Origin: the human T2T-CHM13v2.0 reference genome, Homo sapiens
DNA length: 64,000 bases
Strand: one strand, 5' to 3'
Assembly (NCBI RefSeq): GCF_009914755.1
Contig: NC_060941.1
The notes under the pieces are model-generated. The model saw nothing but the letters and a program-made list of their open reading frames with translations. It was not told the DNA's origin and ran no database searches. Of this stretch, positions 23,119 through 46,281 are shown in pieces (within the stretch, counting starts at the first letter, position 1; every line of letters begins with the position of its first letter). The translations under genes were made by a program, and so were the position numbers.

Positions 23119-23699
23119 AGTCACATGACAGAAAATTTTAAAAATTAATAAAGAAGCTTATACCTTCATTTCTTCCTTACAAGATGTTTTTAACCTACTT
23201 GTAATCATCACCTATAAACCCTACGCCTTCTGAAGACAAGTCCCCAAAATCCAGATGCCCCACTGGCAAGGCACAGGAGCAAAATGGACACTGTGATTCT
23301 TCTCCAGACATTCAGCTGTGCTTCCCCCAGGGTGGGAAGCCTCCAACACTCTTGTAGATGTGAAGGCAGGGCAGCCATGGCATGGTGGTGGTGGGAGAGG
23401 AGGCTTGGAAAAGAGAAAGCTAATGGCTGTCTATGTTTCCTCTATCCTGGTGTGGGGACATTGGTGCACCCATGCACACGTGCACAGTCCCTCCATGCTG
23501 AGGCTCTATTACCTCCCATGGCTCCTTCAGAATGGAGTCCACCAAGAAGAAGGAACTGGTTGTTGAGGCAGCCCCAGGCCCTTGGCCTGAGAAGCATCTG
23601 GCTGATCGCTGAGGCCCCCTGTGAGGAGCCCAGGACCAGGTCCCTGGGGGAAAATGAGGCAGAACTATGGCCTCTAGTTCAGTCTCACTCCCATCAGGA

Positions 23700-23900
23700 T
23701 AGCAGAGGGCAAGTCTGGAACTGGGCACATTCAGGTTTGAGTCTTGGTACAGCCTTATGCAAGTGACTTCAGTTCTCTTGAGCCTCGGTTTCCCTAGCTT
23801 TACAATGGGAATTCTATTTCCTACCTCTTGATGGTATGACAAGGGCTGAGAGAAAAATCTATATGAAGTGCTAACCAGATGGAGTGTGTGCTCACTAGAT
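23700..23900. mobile_element. MIR
   Basis: caagtgacttcagttctcttgagcctcggtttccc core. Confidence 0.6.
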
Positions 23901-23948
23901 GGAGGCTCCATCAGCTACAGCCCTCCTAAGGCTCCAGAAGCAACTTCA

Positions 23949-24750
<802 letters not shown>

Positions 24751-24859
24751 TTAACAAATAAATTGATCTGGTTGGAAGAACAAATTCTGGAAATTGCTTC
24801 AGATGATCTCTTGAAACAAAATATATTGAACAGAAGTCACATGTATCAGTGTGATTAGA

Positions 24860-25202
<343 letters not shown>

Positions 25203-25504
25203 TAGACTGACACATAGACTCCAGAATGTCAGTGTCTTAACACAATAGAAATGTATTTCTCACTACTGTTAATTTCAGTGGCCCTGGTGGACAGGCAGCT
25301 TTTCTCCACGTGGGGTTTAAGGGACACAGGCTCCTTCCTGTGGCTCTACTGTCCCCTGGGGCCTCTTTATAGCCAATGTAAAGATAACAAACAAGTGGAA
25401 AAGCTTCATTATGTCTTAAAAGTTGACCTAAGAGTCACACATATCACTTCCACTCACATGTCATTGATGGTTCCTGAACTAGTCCTATTGCCACAGTAGG
25501 AGGC

Positions 25505-27255
<1,751 letters not shown>

Positions 27256-27313
27256 AGCTTCCTGGATATCTTTTAATTTTAATATACTTTCTTCTAAAAT
27301 ATTCAAAATTAAA

Positions 27314-27615
27314 GCTAGGCATGGTGGTTAACGCCTGTAATCCCAGCACTTTGGGAGGCCGAGGCAGGTGGATCATGTGAGGTCAGGAGTTCAAGACCAG
27401 TCTAGCCAACATGGTGAAACCCCATCTCTACTAAAAATACAAAAATTAGCCAAGCATGGCGATGCACACCTGTAATCCCAGTTACTGGGGAGGCTGAGGC
27501 AGGAGAATCACTTGAACCCAGGAGGCAGAGGTGCAGTGAGCCAAGATTGTGCCATTGCACTCCAGCCTGGGAGACAAAAGCGGAATTCCATCTTGAAAAA
27601 ATAAAATAAAATGAA
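27314..27615 (+). mobile_element. AluS
   Basis: Sense dimer. Confidence 0.9.
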
Positions 27616-27799
27616 ATATTCAAAATTAACTTTTGAAAACACATATTAAAACAATTTTAAGTTTTTATGTTTTTATTATATTCATTCAAACATCACTGGT
27701 CCATTTACAGAACATCCAGACACAACTATGATTAAGTTTGGTCATGTTGATTATCTTTCCAATTTCAGTAATGTGAATTACAGAACTTTATATATTGTT

Positions 27800-28097
27800 T
27801 CTTTTTTTTTTTTTTTTGAGACAGGGTCTTGCTCTGTTGCCCAGGCTAGAGTGCCATGGTGTGATCATAGCTCACTGCAGCCTTGACCTTGTAGGCTCAA
27901 GCAATCCTCCCACCTCAGCCTCTTTGAGTAGCTGGGACCACAAGTGCACACCACGATGCCCAACTAATTTTTCAATTTTTTGCAGAGACAAGGTCTCGCT
28001 ATATTCATCAGGCCTCAAACTCCTGGGCTGAAGCGATCTGCCTACCTTGGCCTCCCAAAGTGCTGGGATTACAGGCATGCACCACTGCGCCCCGCCT
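27800..28097 (-). mobile_element. AluJ
   Basis: Antisense dimer. Confidence 0.9.
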
Positions 28098-28352
28098 AGC
28101 TAACGAGTTTGGGGTTCATCATCCCATTCATTTTAAGGGCGAAGGAGTGACATGAAAAGCACAGCCTTAAGCTTCATTTGTCTCCTCTGTGCCAGGTGAA
28201 TGGAGGGGGCACAACTAGGGGCAGGGTGACAGTGGGCCAGTGAGGAAGTGCCCAGCATGCAATGATCTGGCCTTATGGCAGGCTGTTGGCAGTCAAGATA
28301 GGAAAGAAAGGATGGTTACAAGAGCTGGGAAAAGATGGATGGAATGGGCTCA

Positions 28353-28715
<363 letters not shown>

Positions 28716-28762
28716 CTAGGGTACTGCCACAAAGGCATTGTAGCCTTTACAAATGATAGTTA

Positions 28763-28824
28763 TAGGCTTCCCTGGTCACACTGCCTATGGGTAGCCCTGC
28801 TCCAGAAGGAGCAGTTAGAAAAAA
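28763..28824 (+). mobile_element. Mini retro-insertion with A tail and TSD
   Basis: aaatgatagtta at 28751-28762 and 28825-28836 flanks ~55 nt plus A-run. Confidence 0.6.
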
Positions 28825-28858
28825 AAATGATAGTTACAAGAACTACATAGCAATATGA

Positions 28859-29218
<360 letters not shown>

Positions 29219-29321
29219 TCACATGTACCTATGGTTACAAATATCTTTTTAAGACATGAGAGAAAAATAAACTCAAACAAATTAATCATTCTACCCCAAA
29301 AATGTATTCCTACTTTGTTAG

Positions 29322-29708
29322 TGTCAGGGTTGAATTGTGTCTCCCCACAAATTTATATGTTGAAGCACTAACCACTAACGTAACTGCATTTGGAGAGACC
29401 ACCTTTAAGGAGGTACATGAGGGTTAATGAGGTCATAGGGATGGGGCCCTAATCCCACAGAACTGGTGTACTTATAAGAAGAGGAAGAGACACCAGTGAT
29501 CTCTCTCCACACAAGCAGTGAGAAAAGGCCATATGAGGACACAGTGACAAGGCACCACGTGCAACCTGAGGCGTCAGCAGAAACCAACCCTGCCGGCACC
29601 TTAATGTTGGACTTTCCAAGCCTTCAGAACCATGAGAAAATGAATTTCTATGATTCAAGCCACCTAGTCTGTGGTATTTTGTGATGGCAGGCTAAGCCAA
29701 CTAATACA
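29322..29708 (+). mobile_element. MLT1A-type MaLR solo LTR
   Basis: tgtcagggttgaattgtgtctcccc...ggccatatgaggacacag...gccaactaataca. Confidence 0.8.
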
Positions 29709-30187
29709 GCTAGCCAGCCAGTCACCAAGTCCTACCAATTATTCCACTGCAATTCTCCTTGCAACCATTCCTCACCATTCCGCACCGTTCCACTGCCAAC
29801 CTGGCTCAAGATCGTCTTGTGCTCAGATGAATACAATAGACTCCTTTCTCTTCCCTGCCTTTATACTTCCTGACTTGCTTCTCATATTCCCAGCACCAGT
29901 TCTTATCTTGCCTCATCCTATCATTTCAAACGTCTGAGATGTTTGAATCTGACAAGGGATATTTTCTCCTAGTACCAACCCTTGGTTCCCTCTCTCTGGA
30001 ATTCGCTGTGCTCATCTCAGACGTGAAGTTCTCTGGCCTCCCCTGGTGCACCAGAGTTCTTCCATTATAAGTGCAGAAGGAAATCCAGGTCGATGAGCAC
30101 TCAGATGACTAGCATAAAGACCATCCCTTTCCCCCTGTCCTGCCTCGCCTGTGTGTCTTTTCTTAGTTTCATATTCCCAGGCTTCTA

Positions 30188-30556
<369 letters not shown>

Positions 30557-31408
30557 TCATCCCCCATTACCAAGCTTCATGGGAAATCTAAGTTTCTTTC
30601 TCTCAGCATACGTATGTCAAATCTCAGGAAGGACTGACTGGTCATTCTTGGGTCATACCCACCCATGAGTCAGTCATGCTAGCCAAGAGGAAAGGGGATT
30701 CTGGTAGGTCAGGGCTAGCTCATGACACAGTAGTTCGAAAGGAAGAAAGACACCCCTCTCAAGAGAAGAGGAAAGAGATGTCGAGCAGATATAAACAAGT
30801 ATCTGTTCTTTCAGGTAACACCCATTCTGATGCAGCCCAGCACACAAGACCCTTCCCAGTGTCACCCTTGCTGACTTTGCCACGTCCCATTGAGAGTGAA
30901 TCAGACAGTACCTTCCTAGGCAGAGTGCCGCCCCACACCTCCATGGACATAGGTAATCTATTCCAATTGGTAATACAGTTGAGAAGCATTTGAGCACTTG
31001 TTGGAACAATGGCAATCTTTTTTTTTTTCTGTAATGATTCATACAAACTTGGCCATGGGACTTTACAAAGGAAGGAAAATAGACATCAACATTTCTGATG
31101 CAGAACTCCTAAGTTCTTCCAGAATAAAGTCAGGCCTCAATTTGACAGGAAGGATTTGTTTTGCAATACAAACCTGGCTTTGAAGGTTAGGTTAATACTG
31201 GATTAGAGGACAGAATAAATCTACAGAAGCTACATCCTGGGAGATTTTTTTTTAAATATGGTAAAGCCAATGCTGGCAATGGAAAGGGAATTGAGTACAC
31301 ATGTACGTCGTTGGTGGAGTTGTAAAGCAGTATAAGCCTTTCCAAGAGCGATTTGGCAATCGTGTCTTTAAAAGTCCAATACCATTTGATGGGCTAATTT
31401 CATTTCTA

Positions 31409-31995
<587 letters not shown>

Positions 31996-32182
31996 AAATG
32001 ATCCAAAAAAACAGAAGCAGACAGAAGATATATGCAAAAAGATGACACTAGGTATTATTGATAACAGTGAAAGTTTTGAAACAACATAAAAGAATTATTA
32101 GATACACTTTGGTAAATCTCCACGGGCTATTTCTCAGCAGTTAAAAATGATGTCTAGTCAGTTCACAGAAATCAAAATGTAA

Positions 32183-32829
<647 letters not shown>

Positions 32830-32869
32830 TATTCAGCCTTTCCTATAAGAAAAACTTATATTAAAACAA

Positions 32870-33460
32870 AACGGGAATACCATTTTTACCTTTCAGTTTG
32901 TCAAAGATCAAAGATGTTGTTTACCCTCTGCTGGTATGGAGAAACAGGCACTTTTATACATTATTGGGTAGAGTTTGAAGGCAATCTGATAGTGTCTTCC
33001 AAAATAAAATGTACATTTTAAAATGCATTTGCTGACCTAGCAAAATTTCAGTGCTAGGAATTTATCCTACAGAGACTACTCACACACGTGCCTAAAGGGC
33101 AAGACTGCTGCTTGCAACATAGTCTATAGAAACAAAAGCAAGGACTGGATAATACATTATGGTACATCCACACAATATATACTATTAACTATTAAAAAGA
33201 AAGTCCATGTTAAAACCGTATGTGCTGTTGTGGGATGGTGTCCAAAATATATTAAGTGAGAAAGACAAGAAAGCAAAGTGCAAAGCAAGATGAATGGTAT
33301 TCCAATCTTTATTTGTGTAGAAAAGCTCGCTTCTGTTTGTATTTGCATAGAACATCTCTGGATCCACAAGGAAATGGTGACCACAGGACTGTGGGGAGGA
33401 TTACTGAAGCCAAGGGTGGAAAGGAGACTTTTCATTGTTCTTTCTGCACTATTTGAATTT
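32870..33460 (+). mobile_element. L1ME-type 3' fragments
   Basis: gctaggaatttatcctacagag and cattatggtacatccacacaat motifs. Confidence 0.55.
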
Positions 33461-33669
33461 TTTAAAATCATAGGTATTTTCTTTCCAAAAAGAAAATAAA
33501 AAATAACAAAATACGTGGGCTGTCAAAAGGATATCTATATATGCTTATAATTATATAAATACCTGTATTGTTATGTTAAATGGAAAAAGATAAATTGAAA
33601 ATTGTTTATATAGTATAGTCACAGCTATACGAAAGGAGAAAAATGTTTGGAGAAAAAACATTGGAAGGG

Positions 33670-34001
<332 letters not shown>

Positions 34002-34086
34002 TTAGCCTTGGGATGATCAGTGATTGCATATCTTTCCAACTTTTTCTATAGTTTCCAACATGTCTTTACTAATCACATTTTACTCT

Positions 34087-34300
34087 TTTTTTTTTTTTTT
34101 TTTTGAGTCAGAGTCTTGCTCTGTCGCCCAGGCTGGAGTACAGTGGCACAAACACAGCTCACTGCAACCTCTGCCTCCCAGGCTCAAGCTGTCCTCCCAT
34201 CTCAGCCCCCAAGTATCTAGGACTACAGGCACACATCACCGCACCCAGCTAATTTTTGAATTTTTTGTAGAGAAGGGGTTTTGCCATATTGTCCAGGCTT
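34087..34300 (-). mobile_element. 5'-truncated AluJ
   Basis: TSD cacattttactctt. Confidence 0.85.
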
Positions 34301-35199
34301 GCACATTTTACTCTTGTAATAGAAAAAAATAAACTTTTTAAAAATTATGTTAAATTAAAATATAACATCCATCCACCTTTATAGTTCAATTGCAGATGGT
34401 AAAAATCAGGGGGAAGAAAAAGTTAATAGTCTGCTCAAGATCTTTTTCAACACCATGATTCTGCACTAATGAAGTTTGTTGTAGTTTCTCAACTCCTTTT
34501 AACTTTTTTCTGGTTTGGCAACTGATGCTGATAAAGACAAGACATAGCACATAAGTCAGCCCCCCCCCAAAAAAAAACTGTATTTATAATACCCAATACC
34601 AATAAATATGCAGCTGGATGAGCATTTACAGGCATGACTACACTGCAAATTGATACCACCCTTTTGGAAAGCAATTTGGCTATACGAATCTGAAGCTATA
34701 AAAAGTGTTTACACCGTCTGACCCAGTAACTTGACTTCTGGAATCCATCCTCAGGAAAAAACGGGAAATGCTGGAGAGCTTTATTCATAAAGGTCATAAT
34801 TAAGGATGGTATGCAGCCATAAAAAAAATCACAATTGCCAATAACATGTAGCCACATGGGGTAACATTTATGATATGCCGCTAAGTAGAAGAAAAAGAAT
34901 ACAAAACTGCGTATATCCTGTAATTACGACCACTTAATAAAATGCATGTGGAAACCCTGGAAGGAAGTGCAGCAGCATGCTTGCTCACAGTGCTTACATT
35001 CAGGTGGTGGGATCGTGAGTGAGTTTTTCCCCCTCCTTTTCTCTTCTCCAAAATGTTTATCATGTATTCTTTTTTAAAAGAATAATGTTTATAAAAACTT
35101 GAATATGTGAAGTCTGGACTGTTCCACAGGAAATGAGTCTTCTCTATGTCCCCTGTCTATATCCTTTGAGAAAAAAAAGTAAGTCCTTGCATCTCATAT

Positions 35200-35610
35200 A
35201 ATAATAACATTCACTAATATTTATTGAGCAACTCTGTACCCTTTACATATTTTAGATCAATGAGCCAAATGAAGTAAAAATCCTTACTACCATTTTGCAA
35301 ATGGGAAACTGAGGCCCAGACAGGCTAAATGACACAACTCAGAGGTGACAGCATCAGAACTGAAACCCAGGTCCACCACATCACAATAAGCACCCAAAAC
35401 AGTTCTTGGGGTCCTGGGTGTGCCAGGAAGGGTGCTAACACTCTGTGCACATTTTCTCATTCAATAATCCTGTAGATGTAGATGGTATCCTCATTTTACA
35501 ATGGGGAAACAGCAGCTAAGGGAAGTCATGTTACCAGTACTAGATGCCAAAGTTAGTCAGAAGTCGAACTGGGATTCGAACCCAGGTTGGTCTGTGTTGG
35601 TAGCCACTAT
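35200..35610 (-). mobile_element. Two MIR fragments
   Basis: ccattttgcaaatgggaaactgaggccc and cattttacaatggggaaacagcagct cores. Confidence 0.65.
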
Positions 35611-35708
35611 GCTGTCGTGGTTACCAAGACAAGGAAAACCCAGAAACTCTGAGCCTGGGACACAGGGAACCATCCCTGGTGCAGGCACCATCAGAAAAAG
35701 GAGCATCT

Positions 35709-35856
35709 GGGCCAGCCACAGTGGCTCATGCCTATCATCCCAGCTCTTTGGAAGGCCGAAGTGGGAAGATTGCTCGAGGCCAGGAGTTTGAGACCACCCT
35801 GGGAAACATAGTGAGACCCTCATCTTTACAAATAAATAAATTTTTTTAAAAAAATA
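35709..35856 (+). mobile_element. FLAM/Alu left monomer
   Basis: Single arm, TSD aggagcatctg. Confidence 0.85.
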
Positions 35857-36514
35857 GGAGCATCTGATAGGAAGGTGAAGGCAAAAGGAGTGGGCTCTGG
35901 GGCTGTCCTGAACTGGGTGGGGCCTGGCTCTGTGCACACCCGTGCACCTGACGCCTGGGGCCGGATGAGCTGGCTCTGTGCAGAGACGTCCATGTGGCCT
36001 GGCCTAGGGCCAGCACAGATGTCACATCCTCCTGCCAGTACTGACAGTTCTGGTGTTCACCAACCAAAAGGCCTCAAAAAAAACCATGAAAGCCCTCTTA
36101 AGGATTCCTGGTTCTCAGGGCAGGAAGAAGGCAAGGGGATGGGAAGACACTGTCTCCTGCATGATGGAAAATTCCAGTGCCACCTTGCTTGGGTCTAACT
36201 TCCTTGACCACTCTGGAGACACAGAGCCCTACCAGGACCCAGAATCTGGAGCCAAGGCTGGAGCTCTGTGCCCGGACCCAGGGCTGGAGCCAACAACACA
36301 AGCACGGGCTTAAACGCTCAGGGAAGCCGGAAGTCCAAGTGACTAAGCTAGAGATACTCAGGCCAGAGGCCAAGTAAGGCCTGAGCGCTGAGTACGGCCA
36401 ATGGCCTCTGAGATGTCGACATAGCTGAGGTGAAAGACAGACCAGCACCAAAGACGGCTCTGAGGATATGGAGGGGTGAGGACCCTCATACATGACTGGT
36501 GGGAGTGGAGACGG

Positions 36515-37150
36515 ACCCAAGCCTTTGGAAAACAGTTTGGTATCACCTGGAACACATACTCTATGATCCAGTAAATCCACTCTTCATAAGACAGCTGGAG
36601 AAACTCTCCCACCCATGGGCCGCAGAATGTTCTTAGCAGCACTGCTTATAAAGGCAAAAACTGCAAACAGCCCAAACCCCCACGGCCACGAGAATGGATT
36701 AAAAAATACAGACCATATTCATACAATGAAATACTGTATAGTGGTGAAAATGAATAAGCTAAACTGAATGAATGAATCCCATAAACACAATGTTGACTGA
36801 AAGAGGCAAATCATAACATAATGTGCATTGTGACCTCACTCAATAGAAGCCCAACAATCTCTCCAGACTAAACAACATATTGACGTATGGGGCATATGCC
36901 TATGTGGTAAAACCACAGAGAAAAGAGAATGACAGACACAAAATTCAGGATGGTGATGACCTGCCAGGGACAAGGGGAAAAGGTGGGACTTAAGGGGAAG
37001 GGAGCACCCAGGGAGGTTTAGAAAGTATTGAAAACATGGAATTGTTCGGTTAGGTGCTGGGAACATGGGCATTTATTTTCATTATTATCCTTCAAACTGA
37101 CCCCATGCGTTATATACACTCATGTATGTATAAAATGTTTCAAATTGTTT
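36515..37150 (+). mobile_element. L1ME/MC 3' fragment
   Basis: ctttggaaaacagtttggtatcacc...atattcatacaatgaaatact. Confidence 0.65.
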
Positions 37151-37171
37151 AAAATTAAGAAAAGTTTTTAA

Positions 37172-37460
37172 AGACCAGGCACAGTGGCTCACACCTATAA
37201 TCCCAGCACTTTGGGAGACCTAGGTGGGAAGATTGCTTCGGCCCAAGAGTTCAAGACCAGCCTGGGCAACATGGCGAAACACCATCTCTATGAAAAATAC
37301 AAAAATTAGCTGGATGTGGTGGCATGCGCTTGTAGTCCCAGAGACTCAGGAGGATCACTTGAGCCAGGGAAGTTGAGGCTGCACTGAGCCATGATCATGC
37401 CACTGCACTCTAGCCTGGGTGACAGAGGGAGACCCTCTCTGATAAATAAATAAATAAATA
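37172..37460 (+). mobile_element. AluJ
   Basis: Sense dimer with small deletion. Confidence 0.88.
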
Positions 37461-37814
37461 TTTAAGAAAAATCTCGGTGGAGAGCTACTGCCTGCTCCAT
37501 GGAGGTGGCCCAGCACCCAGCACCTGCCTGGCTCCGACCCACCCAACTGACTGTGAATGGTCCAAGAGGAGGGTAGGGACACCAGCTCTGGTTGGCCTGC
37601 ATAAAAGGAGTGTGGAGGAGAAGGTGCAAGTCTAAATCAGAAGGATAAGTTCAAATCCCATCTTTGCCATTTATTGGCTATATGACCCTGGGCAAGTAAC
37701 TAAAACTCTCTGAGAGTCAAGTCCTCATCTGCAAAATGAGCACAAGCTAAGAACCTAGGCTTTGTTTATGAATTCCTAGCACTTAGCATCTTACTTGGCA
37801 GACAGTAAAAAATA

Positions 37815-38780
<966 letters not shown>

Positions 38781-38811
38781 TCTCAGACTTTTCTTCATTG
38801 TTTTGTCTGAA

Positions 38812-39570
38812 TTTTTTTTTTTTTTTTGAGACAGGGTCTTGGTCTGTTGCCCAGGCTGGAGTCCAGTGGCACAATCACGGTTCACTGCAGTCTCAGGCTC
38901 AAGCAAACCTCCCATGTCAGCCTCCCAAGTAACTGTGACTACAGGTACATGCCACCACGCCCAGCTAATGTTTTTATTTTTTGTAGAGATGGGGTCTCAC
39001 TATGTTGCCCTGGCTGGTCTCAAACTCCTGGGCTCAAGCAATCCTCCTGCCTCAGCCTCCTGAAGTGCTAGGATTATAGACATGAGCCACTGTGCCTAGC
39101 TTTTTGTCTGATTTTTGAAAACAATGGTAAAACATATGTAACATAAAATTTTCCGTTTTAACCACTTTCAAGTGTACAGTTCCGGGCATTACGTACATTC
39201 ACATCGTTGTGGAGCTATCTTCTCAATTTTTCTGAAAATCTAAAAATCTATTCATTAAAATTATATATGAATATATATCATTTTTTTTGAGACAATGTCT
39301 CACTCTGTTGCTCAGGCTGGAGTGCAGTGGTGTGATCTCAGCTCACTGCAACCTCTGCCTCCTAGGCTCAAGAGATCCTCCCACCTCAGCCTCCTGAGTA
39401 GCTGAGATTACAGGTGCACGCCACCATGCCCCTCTAATTTTTGTATTTTTAGTAGAGACGAGGTTTCACCATGTCGGCCAGGCTGACCTCAAACGCCTGA
39501 CCTCAAGTCATCCGCCTGCCTCAGCCTCCCAAAGTGCTGGGATTACAGGCATGAGTTACCATGCCCAGCC
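38812..39570 (-). mobile_element. Two antisense Alus (38812-39101, 39280-39570) with an L1M fragment between
   Basis: Two T-tailed dimers. Confidence 0.85.
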
Positions 39571-39810
39571 TAATATATATAATTTTAATAAATATATTTT
39601 ACTTTAGATTTTCAGAAAAAATCATTTAAATTATATATGCTTAATAATTTTATAATTCATTCATTAAATATTCACATTTATTAAAATTCATATTCATTAA
39701 AATTATATATGTATATAATATATAAAATTATATATGGATATATGGATATAATTTTAATGAATACATTGTATTTATATATTATTATTTTATATATACATAT
39801 ATTTCAAATG
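39571..39810. repeat. AT-rich low-complexity region with inverted repeat
   Basis: Nearly all A/T; 18-bp perfect inverted repeat 39691-39708 / 39746-39763. Confidence 0.85.
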
Positions 39811-39842
39811 AAAGCTAAAAGAGACTAAAGACTAAAGAACTA

Positions 39843-40165
<323 letters not shown>

Positions 40166-41269
40166 CTAAGGGGAGGAGCAGGGGGGTGGGGGGATGTTGG
40201 GTGAAACTCTTTGGCCAGGCCCTGAGCCTGAGTTCCAGGGGCCTGGGTTACAAGGCTCCCTGCCCAGTGACAGACCCTCACCCACAGACTTACCATGCCC
40301 ATACTCTTGTCCCCACCCACCCATGAACAGTGGCCTTTGTCTCATGCATGATGTCAGCTCTTCTCTGCTTCTCTCAAGATCTTGGAGGAATTAATTAGTT
40401 GTTCTTTATTTTCTATTTGTTACCTTTGATATTCTATATCTGCCATCTCTTCTCCTGAACCAGGGCCTGGTAGGTCACTGAGAAAATACAAAATGGCCAC
40501 CTGAACTGGGAGATTTTGCCTCGCACAGTCACGAGCTCCATTAAAACAGAGAAACACTAACCCTAACTTACAATCACCGAACCCATGAGGTCACCCTATC
40601 TCCCAGCCCTCCTTCACCAGGTAAGAAACTGAGGCCCAGGGGTCCACGTGACTTGTCTAAGATCACAGCTGTTGAGACTGAGCTGGGATGGGGACCCGGG
40701 GCTCCTGAGACCTGCCTGGCATTTTCTCCTGTAACATGCTGCCTTCCTAAAGCGGTATTTAATGGACTTCTGTTTCTGGCAATGGAACAGACTGGGCGCT
40801 CTGTTTCCTGCTGAAAACATTAACAATGCTGGGTAAAATGTTTTCAGTCCTATAAAGGCACCAAATGAGCTCGCAAAAGGGTTAAACATAGGAATAGGCC
40901 AAGAAAGAAGAGAAAGCAGGAACCCAGAGAGGATGTGGAAGCTGGCTTTCTCCCTGAGGAAATGGACCAAAGCCAAGCGATCCTGAGCTTCAACTCTTAA
41001 TCCCCCATAGAGTGCACGAAAGAGGAAACAAACCCCAGCCCATCAAGCTGGAGATGGAACAGGAGAGCCCGCCTATAAAGCTGGGCCACATCTCCAGTAC
41101 AAATAAGGGCAGGCTAGAAATAGACACATGTCCCACAAAAGAGCAAGGAAAATGGCCCATGTCAAACTTTGAAAATATATGGAAAGAAAAACATGTTTAC
41201 CCTTATGTAAACCACAAGCCAGCCCTTATGTTTAAATTCACAGATACAGGCAGAAACCCTCAAGCCAGC

Positions 41270-41820
41270 TGAGCAAGGCTTTACGGAGGCAAGGGAGTTA
41301 GCCATAAGACTATCTGTGGTTGAGCATTCCAGGCAGGCAGCAGCAAGAGCCACCACGAAGGCCAGAAGGCAGGGTCATGCCTGGCTCGCTCCAGCAACAC
41401 GAAAAAGGGGTGGAGTGTGGAGAGCCAAGCAAAAAAGATGAAGTCACATAAGTAACAGAAGACCCGGTTGTACAAGGCCTGGTGTGCCACCGTAAAAACA
41501 TGGACTCCTCCTCGGAAATATGGAGCCACTGGGGGAGTTTGAGCAGGGGAAGAAGATCTAACAAAGAACTTTCACACTTCCTGTGGGAGTGCAAATTGGT
41601 ACAATCTTACATAGCAAAACGATCACCCTGGCTTCTCTGCTAAGAATACATGAATGGAACAAAGACCAAATAGGAAGCTATTCCAGTAATCCAGGTGAAA
41701 ATTAATAGTGGCTCTGGCAAGGATGGTAGGTAGCAAGAGAAGGATGAGATTGTATTGGGATGTGTTGAAAGGCAGAAACAAATCGATTCCTGACACTGGA
41801 TTTAAGGTATGAAAAAAGGG
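41270..41820 (-). mobile_element. L2 fragment
   Basis: gagcattccaggcag and gggagtttgagcagggga motifs. Confidence 0.6.
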
Positions 41821-41821
41821 G

Positions 41822-43535
<1,714 letters not shown>

Positions 43536-43564
43536 GGTACATTTTAGACTTGCTGAATTTGAGG

Positions 43565-43890
43565 GGTTTTTTTTGTTTTTTGTTTGTTTTTTGTTTTGTT
43601 TTGTTTTGAGACGGAGTATTACTCTGTTGCCCAGGCTGGAGTGCAGTGGCGCAATCTCGGCTCACTCACGGCAACCTCTGTCCCTCAGGTTCAAGCGATT
43701 CTCCTGCCTCAGCCTCCCGAGTAGTGGGATTGCAGGCACCTGCCACTGCACCTAGCTAATTTTTGTATTTTTAGTAGAGACGGGGTTTCACCATCTTGGC
43801 CAGGCTGGTCTTGAACTCCTGACTTCATGATCCACCCGCCTCGGCCTCCCAAAGTGCTGGGATTACAGGCGTAAGCCACCACACCTGGCC
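43565..43890 (-). mobile_element. AluSg-like
   Basis: Antisense dimer. Confidence 0.9.
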
Positions 43891-43952
43891 AAATTTGAGC
43901 TATTAAACATTCAAGGCGAAATGCCAAGTCAGCAGTTAGATATATGGAATTG

Positions 43953-44255
43953 ACTGGGCACAGTGGCATATGCCTGTAATCCCAGCATTTTAGGAGGCCA
44001 AGGCACGAGGATCATTCAAGCTCAGGAGTTCAAGACCAGTCGGGGCCATACAGCAAAACCCTGTCTCTACAAAAAAAATTCAAAAATTAGCTGGGATGAT
44101 GGCATGAGTCTAGTCCCTGTAGCTATTCAGAAGGCTGAGGTGGGAGGATTGTTTGAGCCTGAGAGGTCAAGGCTTCAGTGAGCTGTGATCATGCCACTGC
44201 ACTCCAGCCTGGGTGACACACTGAAACCCAGTCTCAAAAAATAAAAATAAAAAAA
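43953..44255 (+). mobile_element. AluJ
   Basis: Sense dimer, TSD atatatggaatt. Confidence 0.88.
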
Positions 44256-44264
44256 TATATATAT

Positions 44265-45832
<1,568 letters not shown>

Positions 45833-46281
45833 CCCACACTCTTCTTATGGGAGTGAAAATCGGTTCAATCTTAAGAGAACCCTTTGGCAGTATCTACTAA
45901 AACTGAACATGTTTATAATCTATGACCCAGCAATTCCCTTCCTAGGTATATATCTAATAGCAATCCATACATATGTTCACCAGATAGTAGTGAACAAAAA
46001 CATTCATAGCATTCTTCATAATAACCGCAAACTGGAAATTATCCATCAAAAATAGATTAGTAAATGGTAATATATTCACATAATGATGTATTACCCTGCA
46101 ATGAAACTGAGAAAACTACTGCTATCTGCAATAACGTGGATGAATCTCACATTAGAGAGTATAATATTGATGCAGGAGAAAAGAGGCAGGTTAATGGCTA
46201 CAGACAGACAGTTAGGAAAAGGTGTAAGTTCTGTTGTTTGACAGCAAAGCAAAGTGACTATAGTTAACAACTGTCTATTGT

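Noticed and set aside
23284-23911. Overlapping 160-aa and 163-aa ORFs in semi-unique DNA
   Set aside because: No recognisable domain, partly MIR-derived, no supporting splice or promoter structure
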